In this document: one piece after another, positions 28,784 to 38,855 of the stretch
How positions within the stretch are numbered: the stretch's first letter is position 1
Layout of the letters: the number at the start of each line of letters is the position of its first letter
DNA from: Promethearchaeota archaeon
GTDB lineage: Archaea > Asgardarchaeota > Lokiarchaeia > Sigyniarchaeales > SOKP01
Assembly: GCA_011364925.1 (NCBI GenBank)
Contig: RDOA01000026.1
Location: 1-47,969 of the forward strand
DNA length: 47,969 bases
Direction of reading: 5' to 3'
Made by a program: the position numbers and the translations under genes
The notes under the pieces: generated by a model
What the model was told of the DNA's origin: nothing
Databases searched by the model: none
What the model saw: only the letters and a program-made list of their open reading frames with translations

Positions 28784-29032
28784 ATCAATTGCTATATCTT
28801 GCGCGGAGTAGTTCGGGTGAAGTTTTATTAGAGCTTTCTTTTCTCCTTTTGGAGTTATAATCGTGTGAACTTTAATCACTTTAACATTGTGGATTTTTTC
28901 AATAGCTTGCTTAATTTGGCTTTTATTAGCTCTACTATCAACAATAAAAACCAATTTATTTTCTCTTTCAATTATATCGAATGTTTTTTCTGTGATTAAT
29001 GGCTTTTGAATGATCTTATAATATCTTTCCAT
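28769..29032 (-). CDS. rpl23: 50S ribosomal protein uL23
   Basis: PLITEK, ENKLVFIVD, GEKKA. Confidence 0.97.
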   Translation of the reverse strand: MERYYKIIQKPLITEKTFDIIERENKLVFIVDSRANKSQIKQAIEKIHNVKVIKVHTIITPKGEKKALIKLHPNYSAQDIAIDLGIF

Positions 29033-29033
29033 T

Positions 29034-29822
29034 TTAAATCAATTCCTCATATTTTTTTAATTCGTTAAAAGCAGATTGAGCCCATAAAATTAAACGCCCT
29101 GGCAAACCTCCAGGTGCTAGATGTGCAATAGATAAATTCTCAAGCTTAACAACATCTATTCCAGGAATATTTCTTGCAGCTTTGACAATACCAAAATCAT
29201 CTTTTATTACAATTAATAAGCTTTTCCTAATTTTGTATTTACGCCCTCGTCTTTTCCCTTTCCCTGCTCTAATTTTCTTACTCTTCTTAACCCTAATTAA
29301 GTCATCTTTTAAACCCAATTCAGTAAGAATTGAGTATATTAACTTAGTTTTTCTTACAGTTTGAATTTTATCGTCAACCACAAGTGGAATCTCAGGAACT
29401 TTATCTATCTTATGACCTCGATTTTTTACCCATTCTGAATCTCCAGAAGCTGAAATTGCAGATATTATTGAGAGTTTATGTATTTTTTTGTTTATTTTTT
29501 TTTCAATATTCTTTTCGGTTTTGATTGGGTGTGCTCTTCTCCCACCTTTGGCGAATGGAACGCGCCCAACGTTTCTAGCTGTAGAAAAGCCCGATCCCTT
29601 TATGCGCGGAGCTCTTGACATTTCATGACCTGTGCCCCAGCTTTCAGCAGTATTCCTTAATCCTGCGCTTTTATTTCTGCCTTGAGCTTGTTTATTTTTA
29701 CTCGAAGCGACCTCACTTGCTATTTGTATCAGGTCTTTTCTGGATTTAGAGTAAAATAACTGAGGTATATCAACTAAATTTTTCTTTTTACCATCTAAAT
29801 CATATATGTTAACTTTTTCCAT
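29034..29822 (-). CDS. rpl4: 50S ribosomal protein uL4
   Basis: AESWGTG, GGRRAHP, IRAGKGKRRGR, LAPGG.PGRL. Confidence 0.97.
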   Translation of the reverse strand: MEKVNIYDLDGKKKNLVDIPQLFYSKSRKDLIQIASEVASSKNKQAQGRNKSAGLRNTAESWGTGHEMSRAPRIKGSGFSTARNVGRVPFAKGGRRAHPIKTEKNIEKKINKKIHKLSIISAISASGDSEWVKNRGHKIDKVPEIPLVVDDKIQTVRKTKLIYSILTELGLKDDLIRVKKSKKIRAGKGKRRGRKYKIRKSLLIVIKDDFGIVKAARNIPGIDVVKLENLSIAHLAPGGLPGRLILWAQSAFNELKKYEELI

Positions 29823-29840
29823 AAAATCACAATTTTTACA

Positions 29841-30860
29841 TTATTTTCTTTGTTGACTTTCCCTACAAATGAAGGTAATTTCCGGTGATTTAACAGTAAA
29901 GGTTTTAATTGGTCTTATAGTTTTTCTAATTCTCACTAATCTGTTTTTTGGACCCGGTATTGATCCTAGCACTAAAAGATAATCTCCCTTCACTTTACCA
30001 TATTTTACAAATCCTCCTTTTGGATTAATTTCCTCCTCGTTCTCTCCAATTACCATAATCCTTTTATGATATTCTGTTCTCTGATGAAACCCCAATTGTC
30101 CTGGTCGAGGAACTGTATATAATACTCGTGCTGGGTGCCAAGGGCCTATACACGCTACAGCTCTTTGAACTTTATTGTTTTTTCGTGTTAAGAGTCTGAC
30201 GCCAAATCTTTTAACTGGGCCTTGAAAACCTTTACCTTTAGTCACTGCTAAAATGTCGACTAGTTCTCCTTCTATTAAAATGTCTCGTACCCTAATTTCG
30301 TTCCCTAATAAATTTAAAGCGAAATTAAATTCCTCAACTGAATCACCAACGGAATTTACTTGAATCTCAATAATATCTGGTTTTTTCCTTGGCAATGAGG
30401 TTAGATGAGGCTGAGTTTGAAAAATTCCCCTAATCTGACTTGTATTGTTTAATGCTTTTATTAGTTTTTCTTTCGTTGATTCAAAGTCATAATTTTCAAA
30501 ATTTGGTATACTGATTTTTCTTCTTAGATAATCGTTCAATTCAGTTGAAAAAATATCTCCAACTATATATTTTCCATACTCGTCTTCATTATAAACTCTA
30601 ATTCCAATTAAGATCAATGGTGGTACTTCAATGACGGTAACAGGTTTCATTAATTCTTTACCAAAATAGGGGCTATTCTTTTGGTCCTCTATATAGGTAA
30701 TATGGGTCATTCCCGCCTTGAAACCTGCGTAACCTAAAAATATTAAGCTATCCGATGTATTTAACCATCGTCTTACTCGACCCTTGGTTATAGCAGCCCT
30801 TTTTCTAGGAAGAAAAGCTAAAGAACCATGTCTCGGTGCGTGTTTTTTACGATGCCCCAT
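29841..30860 (-). CDS. rpl3: 50S ribosomal protein uL3
   Basis: PRHGSLAFLPRKR, KAGMTH, TKGKGFQGPVKR, GFHQRTEY. Confidence 0.98.
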   Translation of the reverse strand: MGHRKKHAPRHGSLAFLPRKRAAITKGRVRRWLNTSDSLIFLGYAGFKAGMTHITYIEDQKNSPYFGKELMKPVTVIEVPPLILIGIRVYNEDEYGKYIVGDIFSTELNDYLRRKISIPNFENYDFESTKEKLIKALNNTSQIRGIFQTQPHLTSLPRKKPDIIEIQVNSVGDSVEEFNFALNLLGNEIRVRDILIEGELVDILAVTKGKGFQGPVKRFGVRLLTRKNNKVQRAVACIGPWHPARVLYTVPRPGQLGFHQRTEYHKRIMVIGENEEEINPKGGFVKYGKVKGDYLLVLGSIPGPKNRLVRIRKTIRPIKTFTVKSPEITFICRESQQRK

Positions 30861-30990
30861 GAATAATCACTTTTATGTTAAAGCTTTAAATTTTTCAAAA
30901 TAAAAAAAGTTTGTCATTCAGAAATGAGTATTATTCCTAGCAAATTAGGAAAAATGGACTTTTTAAATTTTCGTAGAAAATAATTATTAG

Positions 30991-33177
30991 ATGAAATCAA
31001 AGATTGAGAAATTAAATGTACACCTAGTCAAAGAATGCGTATTTAATAAAGATGAGCGAATTTTCACTAAAGATTGCTCTAAGTGTTCAGAATCGATAGG
31101 CGATGTTGATGATTATGAACAATGTGTTAAGTGTCTTTTAAAGAGTATATATTTGGGAAATAATAAGGATTTTAAAAAATCAAATTTGAAAATTCATGGT
31201 ACTGTAATTGAACCCGGTACGATTAAAATTATTTTAAATTATTTTAAAAAGCTCAAGGAAATAAATAAGATTTGGAGGAGGATCGAAAAAGTTGGAAAGT
31301 CTGATTGTATTTTTCAAGAGTTTAATTGTAGGGTTGAGAGTATAAATAATGCATTACTTTCCTTTAATGAAAGTGTTATCTTTGATCCAATTCTAGTATT
31401 CAATTTACTTATTGATGTAAAAGATGAAATTCTTGCTCATAAATTTTTAAATATTGAATGTCAGAAGTGCTCTATAAAGATATTGGACTTGTTGGATTCC
31501 ATTTTAGAAATTTTTAAGAATTTGGAAATTGTTATACAATATTTGAAATTTTTGGAAAATAATAACAATTCTAAAGACATAAGCATGTTTTACAAAAAAA
31601 TTTTTTTTAATTCACAAAAAATCTTTAATGAAAGTGGAATAATTAACGGCATCCTTAGATCTTCTCGTGGCGAATTGCTTGAATCTTATTGTTCTGGTGA
31701 AAATCGAATATTCCAGATATCTATTTTCAATATTAAAGGTGAATATGAAAAGAAATACTTGGTTAACTATGATTTTGATTCAAAAGGCGATGAAAAATAT
31801 TTTAAAACTATCGTGAACGATGTTAAAAATAACCTAACTTTAATCGAGTCTAATGAAATTATACCATTAGAGGAATTAATAAATTTTTACAAGAAAAAAG
31901 CTTCAGATTACTTAAATTTAAAATACAAACTTTCACAAAAAGAAATTGATAAAGTCTCATACATTGCAGCATTATATAAGTTAAACTTAGAGAAGATCTT
32001 TCCCCTTCTAGTTGATGACCTTATCGAGGAAATATTTTTGGATTCTCCAATTGAAAAAATTTATATCAATCACCAAAAATACGGACGCTGTCGGACAGAA
32101 TTAGGATTTAATCATAATGATATCGAAAGAATTAAAACCTTTTTAAGATTGTACAGTGGAAAAAGACTTGATTACTCGAATCCAAGCATCAAAGTAGTAT
32201 TAAAGAATAAATATTTTTATTGTCGATTTGCTGTCGATGTTGAACCAATTCAGTTGAATAATTTTGCGTTAGATATAAGGAAATTAAATAAGAATATATT
32301 AACTATTCAAGATTTGTTAAAAAATGATACTTTAAGTCCGTCACTAGCATCATTTTTATATATATTAGTTTTAAGAAGAATAAATATAACTGTTACCGGA
32401 GAAACAGATACAGGAAAAACAACTTTAATTAATGCATTAGATCTATTAACTCCAAAGGAATTTCGAAAAATATATGTAGAAAATGTGAATGAATCTTTAA
32501 ACCAATCCAGATTCGAAAGACATCAATTAAAATATAAAGTTGATTCTCTTGAAGACCTAACAAATCATCTACTTTCAAAACAAAATCAAATTAAGAATTT
32601 ATTGCACAGAACTCCGGACATTATCTATTTAGGCGAAATTCTAACTAAAAATGAAGCTGAAGCGATGTTTCACTGTTTAGCTGCGGGTTTGCGGGGTTTT
32701 CAAACAATTCATTCTAACACTATTAATTCTTTGATTAATAGAATAATTCATCACTTTAAAATTGATAAAACCTGCTTGCACGACTTAGGAATCTTAATAT
32801 TAATGAAAAAAAACAGAGAAAAAAGATTCATTGATTCTATTACAGAGATGCGCGAAAAGTTAGATGAAGATAATGAAATTTATGAAAATTTATTCAAACG
32901 CGATCCTCGTATAAAAAATTGGACCATGCTTAAAGACTTATATAATTCGAATACTATTAAGACTTTAAGAAAATACGAGGATTTGCAAAAAGAAAAATTT
33001 GATACTTTATTCTATTTATATCATGATGTGTTCGACACGCTTCGAAAGTTAGATAAAATAATTATCACCAAATTAATTGAGCTTTTTGATCAACTTTCGT
33101 TTCAATCATTTATTAGCGTAGACGCCCTTCGTTTATTCTGGAAAAACTGGAAAAACACTTGTGGTTTAAATGTATAG
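30991..33177 (+). CDS. Type IV pilus/Tad assembly ATPase (TadA/CpaF/VirB11 family) with Cys-rich N-terminus
   Basis: DIRK, Walker A GETDTGKTT, Asp box VENVNE, Walker B PDIIYLGE, His box QTIH. Confidence 0.9.
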   Translation: MKSKIEKLNVHLVKECVFNKDERIFTKDCSKCSESIGDVDDYEQCVKCLLKSIYLGNNKDFKKSNLKIHGTVIEPGTIKIILNYFKKLKEINKIWRRIEKVGKSDCIFQEFNCRVESINNALLSFNESVIFDPILVFNLLIDVKDEILAHKFLNIECQKCSIKILDLLDSILEIFKNLEIVIQYLKFLENNNNSKDISMFYKKIFFNSQKIFNESGIINGILRSSRGELLESYCSGENRIFQISIFNIKGEYEKKYLVNYDFDSKGDEKYFKTIVNDVKNNLTLIESNEIIPLEELINFYKKKASDYLNLKYKLSQKEIDKVSYIAALYKLNLEKIFPLLVDDLIEEIFLDSPIEKIYINHQKYGRCRTELGFNHNDIERIKTFLRLYSGKRLDYSNPSIKVVLKNKYFYCRFAVDVEPIQLNNFALDIRKLNKNILTIQDLLKNDTLSPSLASFLYILVLRRINITVTGETDTGKTTLINALDLLTPKEFRKIYVENVNESLNQSRFERHQLKYKVDSLEDLTNHLLSKQNQIKNLLHRTPDIIYLGEILTKNEAEAMFHCLAAGLRGFQTIHSNTINSLINRIIHHFKIDKTCLHDLGILILMKKNREKRFIDSITEMREKLDEDNEIYENLFKRDPRIKNWTMLKDLYNSNTIKTLRKYEDLQKEKFDTLFYLYHDVFDTLRKLDKIIITKLIELFDQLSFQSFISVDALRLFWKNWKNTCGLNV

Positions 33178-33193
33178 ATTAGTATAATGTGAT

Positions 33194-33607
33194 ATGACAA
33201 ATTTGTTAGAAAAAGCATTACTGATGGGTTTTGGAATAATTGTTCTAACAATTTTTATTTCGTTGATTAATCCTTTTATAGTTCAAATATCAGATTTTAA
33301 CGAAAACAATAAATCCAATATAGAACAGTATGAAAATCTCTTTCATGAGGTAGATACAGGAATTAAATTTATAATTGAGAATCCAAATGGGATATTTTCT
33401 AAACCCGTTGAATACCCTAAAAAGCTAAACATAACATTAACGGATTTCTATTGTAAATTTGAGTACATAATAAATGATAATTATTATTATAAAATATTCG
33501 AATATCTTAAACCTTTTATAGATAACAGCTATATAGATTTACCAGAAAGTAGCTATATCTTAAAAATCTCAAGTAGTTACAATTTTGTTGTAGTTCAATT
33601 TAACTAG
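33194..33607 (+). CDS. Pilin-like protein without a class III leader
   Basis: MTNLLEKALLMGFGIIVLTIF N-terminal helix; lies between the ATPase and platform genes. Confidence 0.65.
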   Translation: MTNLLEKALLMGFGIIVLTIFISLINPFIVQISDFNENNKSNIEQYENLFHEVDTGIKFIIENPNGIFSKPVEYPKKLNITLTDFYCKFEYIINDNYYYKIFEYLKPFIDNSYIDLPESSYILKISSSYNFVVVQFN

Positions 33608-33616
33608 TTCAATAAT

Positions 33617-35146
33617 GTGGATAAATTTATGAGATCACTTACAACATTAATCCGATTTTATCATTACATTCACCCTTATAAGATTCCTAAATTGAAATTT
33701 AAAGAAATGGATAATCGATACAAAATATTATTGAAAAAAGAATACAATATTGACGAAAATGATATCAATAAATCCAATTTCATAATATTCGTAATTATTT
33801 TTAGTATATTTCTATTCTCTTTGACTTTTTTTACCAAATTCAATATATTAATAAACGTATCCTCCTCTTTTCTACTAGCTTTAATAGGCTCTTATTTTTT
33901 TAGTCAATATCTTTACAAAGAGATTAAAAAAGAAGAGAATCAGTTGAATGCATTACTCTATATTGTGAAAATTTACTTTACTTTAATCCAAAAATCCTAT
34001 GGAGATAAAGCTGATCACGCAATTAATTTCATCAAACTTATCAGCGAATTTAAACTTCCAATCTCAGAAGATTTTAGAAATTTACTCAGTAAAATCCAAT
34101 TAGGTGAAAATCCAGAAATTCTATTGTCAAAAGTAACCACACCCTCTTCGGATTTTAATTTGTATATTAAAAGACTTCTGTTATCAAATTTTAGCTATGA
34201 TAACACTTTTGATGATAATTCCTTGGAAAAGAAGTTTAGAAAGTATCTAAGAGAAATCGAATCAAAATTGAGTATTTTATTTTTTTTTGGGTTGTTTTTC
34301 CCACTAGGATTGTGTTTACTAATACTGTTCCATAGAATGAACTATCTCATATTGGTTTCTACATTGCCTTTATTTTTCATCAGTATAAGGACGCTAAATA
34401 AGAAATTTTTAAAAAAAAATTTTTTCCTTCTCGGATTAATAAATAATTATTCAAGGGAAGAGAAAGCAAAATTTAAAGAATTTATATCTTTTTTACTGAG
34501 CTTTACATTGAATTTGAAGCAGTACACTTCTCCTGAAATAGCATTTGTGAAAGCATATTCAAACAATCAAATTCAGTATAGTATATTGGAGAAACCTTTA
34601 AAATCCCAGATTTATCTACTTTTAAACTTTTCCTGTACCTTTAAGGAGATCCTGGAGAATCTACAGAATAGTTTGACATCAATCAGATATAAAATAATTT
34701 TAGATGTAATTGAGAAATTAGTTGCCAAGAACGCATATTTGTCTCACGAAAAAATTTCAGAAATAATAAATGAGCTATCCTTTCATCAACAACTCGAAAG
34801 CCGGTTAGATATCATAATAAAGGGAGAAAAATTTAAAGTTTTGCTTTTTTTATTTCTTTTACCGATAATAACGGGAGGAATTGGAGGTCTTTTTCCACTG
34901 TTCAATTTTATTTTAGGAAATTTTTCGCTTCATAGTGCCATAAACTTTTCTATTTTCTTTGAATTATTATTGACGTATGATTTCATTATAACATTTCTTT
35001 CCCTTTTGTTTTGTGTTAATATATCCTCTCATTATTTCTTAGAAATCATATCAATTGAGAGAAAAAGGATTCTGACAGCAGTTTCAAATGCAATATTTAT
35101 ACTAGCGTTCTTTTCAACATTTATTAGTATTATTAATTTTTTTTAG
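33617..35146 (+). CDS. Pilus membrane platform protein (TadB/TadC, T2SS-F-like, two fused repeats)
   Basis: ISEDFRNLLSKIQLGENPE T2SSF-like segment, repeated TM pairs, operonic with the ATPase. Confidence 0.7.
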   Translation: MDKFMRSLTTLIRFYHYIHPYKIPKLKFKEMDNRYKILLKKEYNIDENDINKSNFIIFVIIFSIFLFSLTFFTKFNILINVSSSFLLALIGSYFFSQYLYKEIKKEENQLNALLYIVKIYFTLIQKSYGDKADHAINFIKLISEFKLPISEDFRNLLSKIQLGENPEILLSKVTTPSSDFNLYIKRLLLSNFSYDNTFDDNSLEKKFRKYLREIESKLSILFFFGLFFPLGLCLLILFHRMNYLILVSTLPLFFISIRTLNKKFLKKNFFLLGLINNYSREEKAKFKEFISFLLSFTLNLKQYTSPEIAFVKAYSNNQIQYSILEKPLKSQIYLLLNFSCTFKEILENLQNSLTSIRYKIILDVIEKLVAKNAYLSHEKISEIINELSFHQQLESRLDIIIKGEKFKVLLFLFLLPIITGGIGGLFPLFNFILGNFSLHSAINFSIFFELLLTYDFIITFLSLLFCVNISSHYFLEIISIERKRILTAVSNAIFILAFFSTFISIINFF

Positions 35147-35160
35147 CACCATATCTAACT

Positions 35161-35457
35161 TTAGTTAAAGAAAGAAATGTAAATCAATTCAACAAATAAA
35201 AGAATTCCAATTAATAAAACTATTAGTTGTGAATAAGAAATTATTGATTTAACTAAATTGGTGTCATAACCCTCATTTAAAGCCACTAAGTTTATTTCAC
35301 TTATTACTTGAAAGAAGGGTATTAAAAAAATGAAAAAAAGAATAATAGAAATAAAGACTGTCATAGATTCAGCGGAAATTATTGAAAACATAAATAAAAA
35401 AATAAAAAGTGCTAATAAAATAATGAATTCTATAAAAATTAAATGAAATTCAGTCAT
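35161..35457 (-). CDS. Small three-TM membrane protein
   Basis: Highly hydrophobic ORF. Confidence 0.55.
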   Translation of the reverse strand: MTEFHLIFIEFIILLALFIFLFMFSIISAESMTVFISIILFFIFLIPFFQVISEINLVALNEGYDTNLVKSIISYSQLIVLLIGILLFVELIYISFFN

Positions 35458-35553
35458 ACTCTAGTATTTTTTAAAAAAAATATTTAAAATTCTAAAAAAT
35501 TAAATTGTAAAAGGATTATCGTAATCCTAGAAAATATTATATAAAAAAATGAT

Positions 35554-36054
35554 TTGATTATAATTATGAGAAATTTAAAATTGAAGGGACTAAAATACAA
35601 TAGAGGTAAATACGATTTATACGATGAGCGATTTGTATTTTTCCCTCCCCAAATAATTGATATTTTATCGTCGATTTATGGAGAAGGTGTTAAATCTTTA
35701 TTAGTTTGGTTAGGTAAAAAGGCTGGGTGGGGGCTGATTCAAAATTGGGATGATATTTTAAAGTCAAAATCATTAAATGATTTAGTTACTCAATTTTGTT
35801 CTATTCTAAGCAATCACGGATGGGGGAGATTTTCTCCTACGAAAATATCTGATAACTTAGTTGTAATTGAACTGTTTCATAACATTTCGAATGATTTAAA
35901 TAATCAATCCAAATACGTTTGTTATTATATAACAGGAATTTTGGCTGGTTTTGGGGAATATGCACTTTATAAAGTTAATGTAATAGAAAATACATGTTGT
36001 ATTGAGGATCCAAGTTTAAAATCATGCGAATTTAGGATAGAAAAAAACTTATGA
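35554..36054 (+). CDS. V4R domain protein (TRAPP/Bet3-related fold); start possibly ATG 35566
   Basis: LGKKAG, HGWGRF, VCYYITGILAG, ENTC...CEFRI. Confidence 0.85.
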   Translation: MIIIMRNLKLKGLKYNRGKYDLYDERFVFFPPQIIDILSSIYGEGVKSLLVWLGKKAGWGLIQNWDDILKSKSLNDLVTQFCSILSNHGWGRFSPTKISDNLVVIELFHNISNDLNNQSKYVCYYITGILAGFGEYALYKVNVIENTCCIEDPSLKSCEFRIEKNL

Positions 36055-36063
36055 GCGGACAAT

Positions 36064-36450
36064 TCACCAAGGATCCCATTCTTCAGGATTAAGTTCCTCT
36101 GTGTCGTTATCATCAAGAATCTTTTCTTCAATTTCATGCTCATTTTTATATGATTCACTTTTGTTAGGATCTTGATTCATTGCTGGTATTACTTCTTTAG
36201 AATTTAAATCTTCGAGGTTAGAAACCTGATCTTCGCCAATTATCACATCCTTAAAGGCAGAAATTAGTGATAAGAAATTAAAAAACTCCTCCTTTTTCAT
36301 TTCAACAACTAAAGACTCACTATTTTTTAATAAAGTTAGCTTTAGAGTCCGAACTTCTCCACTTACTTCAACTGATGTCAATTCAATGCTTTCATTTTTG
36401 TTTTTTAACTGAATTTTCCATGATGTCTCTCTCGTTTTTTCAATTTCCAT
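36064..36450 (-). CDS. Hypothetical protein with acidic-aromatic C-terminal tail
   Basis: Beta-rich N-terminal domain, disordered linker, DDNDTEELNPEEWDPW end. Confidence 0.7.
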   Translation of the reverse strand: MEIEKTRETSWKIQLKNKNESIELTSVEVSGEVRTLKLTLLKNSESLVVEMKKEEFFNFLSLISAFKDVIIGEDQVSNLEDLNSKEVIPAMNQDPNKSESYKNEHEIEEKILDDNDTEELNPEEWDPW

Positions 36451-36590
36451 CTGTCAAAATTCACTCTAAAGGTAATTACAATTCAATTACTTAATAAAAA
36501 TTAACCAATTTAAAATTATCCTTATCACCATTTCATCCTTGTTAAATAAAAGAACACTCAAAGAAAGATTTCATACCACCATCGCCTTCT

Positions 36591-37253
36591 TTAACAAAAA
36601 TAATTGAACATTATGTAATTATTCATAAAAAAGATGAGGATAACAAGGGGAGGTCTATATTGAGCTAGAATTTGAAATTTTTCCTTTTTTCTGTTATATA
36701 ACAAATTCAAAGACTTTATGATGTATTTATTGTTTCGATAATTTTCAATTTGAGAGAAATCTAAAAATCTGTAAAAGATCATGATAAAAACCTTATGTGA
36801 AAAAGTAGGCCTTTCTAATAAACCATATAACATCTCAAACGTACTATTTCTTTCATAAATTTTGAAGAAGAAATATCTAACCAATATCAGGAAGAAATAT
36901 AAGAACAAAAATACGAAAAAGAAAGAGAATATCAAAGAGAAATTAAGTTTTTGAGTAGGATAAAAAAAAATAAGCATAATTAATAATTTACCATCACCCC
37001 CTCCTATTGCTTTTAAACAAAATAATATAAAAGAGAAAATAGCTACAATAAGTAGGAAAAATAACTTTGTGAAGATGAGAATAAAGATGTTATAATAACT
37101 AGCTGTAACTTCAGTAAAAATCAATAAACTCCCAACCAATAAAAATCCAAACAATGGCTCATTTGATATTTCCCTGTATTTAATATCCCGGTACATGCAA
37201 TAAATTAGTACGATATTTGTATAGAACAAAGAAAAAATAACATTTAATATCAT
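36591..37253 (-). CDS. Prepilin peptidase, family A24
   Basis: DIKYREISN and IGGGDGKL catalytic Asp motifs; multi-TM. Confidence 0.88.
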   Translation of the reverse strand: MILNVIFSLFYTNIVLIYCMYRDIKYREISNEPLFGFLLVGSLLIFTEVTASYYNIFILIFTKLFFLLIVAIFSFILFCLKAIGGGDGKLLIMLIFFYPTQKLNFSLIFSFFFVFLFLYFFLILVRYFFFKIYERNSTFEMLYGLLERPTFSHKVFIMIFYRFLDFSQIENYRNNKYIIKSLNLLYNRKKEKFQILAQYRPPLVILIFFMNNYIMFNYFC

Positions 37254-37256
37254 CCC

Positions 37257-37550
37257 TCATAGTTCGCCTTCCCATATCTCTATAAACTTGCTTAAACTCT
37301 TAGCACGTAGATCTTCAAATTTGTATCGATAAATTTTTATTCTCCCAAATAATTTTTCTTGAACCAAGTTATAGGATTTCAAATAAGCTAAATGATTTTT
37401 AACGCTTGTATGATTAAGTTTTGCATCTTTTATGATTTGAGAAATTGACATTTCCTTGTTTTTCGATAATAATTTTAATATTTTTACCCTTGCTCTTGAC
37501 CCTAATAAGTTTTCTATACCGCAGTTTTCAGCTATATCTTCCAGCATCAA
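37257..37550 (-). CDS. ArsR-like winged-HTH protein
   Basis: LGSRARVKILKLL...ISQI...LNHTSVKNHL..L...FGRIKIY. Confidence 0.85.
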   Translation of the reverse strand: MMLEDIAENCGIENLLGSRARVKILKLLSKNKEMSISQIIKDAKLNHTSVKNHLAYLKSYNLVQEKLFGRIKIYRYKFEDLRAKSLSKFIEIWEGEL

Positions 37551-38761
37551 ATCTCAATCCCCTTAGTTTGTAAAATGTTTACCAGAATTTCTTCAAATTT
37601 TGAAATTGGAATGTCTTGAACCGATATTAAGGCTTTACGACCCTTAATCGACTCACTTTTTATCTCCATATTAATAAGGCACTCTCTTTTAAATTCTTGA
37701 AGGTAGTTCCATAACTGGGAATGAGATCGAGGGTGTATAGCTAAATTCTCACATATTATCAAATAAGAATTAGTTATTTCCAGTACAGAAACCTGAATCC
37801 TTCCACTCTTCTTCAAAGCAGTAATTATTCCTAACAAAAAAATACCTTTTTGTATTGGTATGTATTTCAAAACATCAATAGTAGAAAAAGGAACGATATC
37901 ATGATTTGCTAGTCTCACACACTCCATCGTAATATGTTTTAAATTCTGATTTTCAGCAATTTTAGTTGCTTTCCAGATCAAATTTAAACCATACCTAATG
38001 TCTCCACTTTGATAAACTAAATCTGCAATAGTCTCAATTAGTTTATCTGACATTACATTTTCTTTTAAACTTAGGCTAACCCTATATCTTAAAATAACAC
38101 ATAATTGCTCATTAGTATATTTTTTAAAATGAATTATATTCCTTTGCAAGGTACTCATAGTGCTTATATCTAGACTACTTATACAGGATATATCCCTTAC
38201 AATTCCTATAATAGATATATGTTGCTGATTATTGAAAGAATCATCATTAATTCTTGTAAGAGAATAAATTAAATCTTCACTATTATTTATTAAATAACTT
38301 AATTCGTCTAATACTATTAATAAATGAAAATTTTGATTGTGTACAATGTCTATGATGATGTCAAGCAAATCTTGAGGAGAATATCCCCTTTTAGGAAAAT
38401 TTATGTTAAGAGTATCAATTATTTTGATTAATACTTTATAGCTAGTCCTTTCTTTCCGACAGTTTATGTGGATGTATTTGATTACATTTGATCTTTTACG
38501 CGCTGCGTTCATTAACATTTCTCCAAATAGTTTAATCGTAGCAGTTTTTCCAATCCCAGTTTTCCCGGTAATCAATATTTTCCGCGAAATTGAATTCGGG
38601 TTCGTTATTAATTCTAAAAATAGTCGAGATAGTAGTGATAATTCCTTTTCTCTATGCGGTAGTTTATTAGGAATATAGCTATTCTCTAGAGCTCTCTCAC
38701 ATTTAAATAGTGTTGGTTTTCTTAATAAATCTTCAAAGTAATCAATTGTCATAGAGAACAT
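37547..38761 (-). CDS. cdc6: Orc1/Cdc6 replication initiator family protein
   Basis: YIPNKLPHRE, GKTGIGKT, IVLDE, GDIR, C-terminal winged helix with KGR. Confidence 0.93.
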   Translation of the reverse strand: MFSMTIDYFEDLLRKPTLFKCERALENSYIPNKLPHREKELSLLSRLFLELITNPNSISRKILITGKTGIGKTATIKLFGEMLMNAARKRSNVIKYIHINCRKERTSYKVLIKIIDTLNINFPKRGYSPQDLLDIIIDIVHNQNFHLLIVLDELSYLINNSEDLIYSLTRINDDSFNNQQHISIIGIVRDISCISSLDISTMSTLQRNIIHFKKYTNEQLCVILRYRVSLSLKENVMSDKLIETIADLVYQSGDIRYGLNLIWKATKIAENQNLKHITMECVRLANHDIVPFSTIDVLKYIPIQKGIFLLGIITALKKSGRIQVSVLEITNSYLIICENLAIHPRSHSQLWNYLQEFKRECLINMEIKSESIKGRKALISVQDIPISKFEEILVNILQTKGIEI

Positions 38762-38855
38762 CTGATAAAATTATATTACAAGTTAGAAAATCATTATATA
38801 TAACGCAATACAGAGTTCTAATTTTTTATCATAATAATGAATAATTTAAGATATA

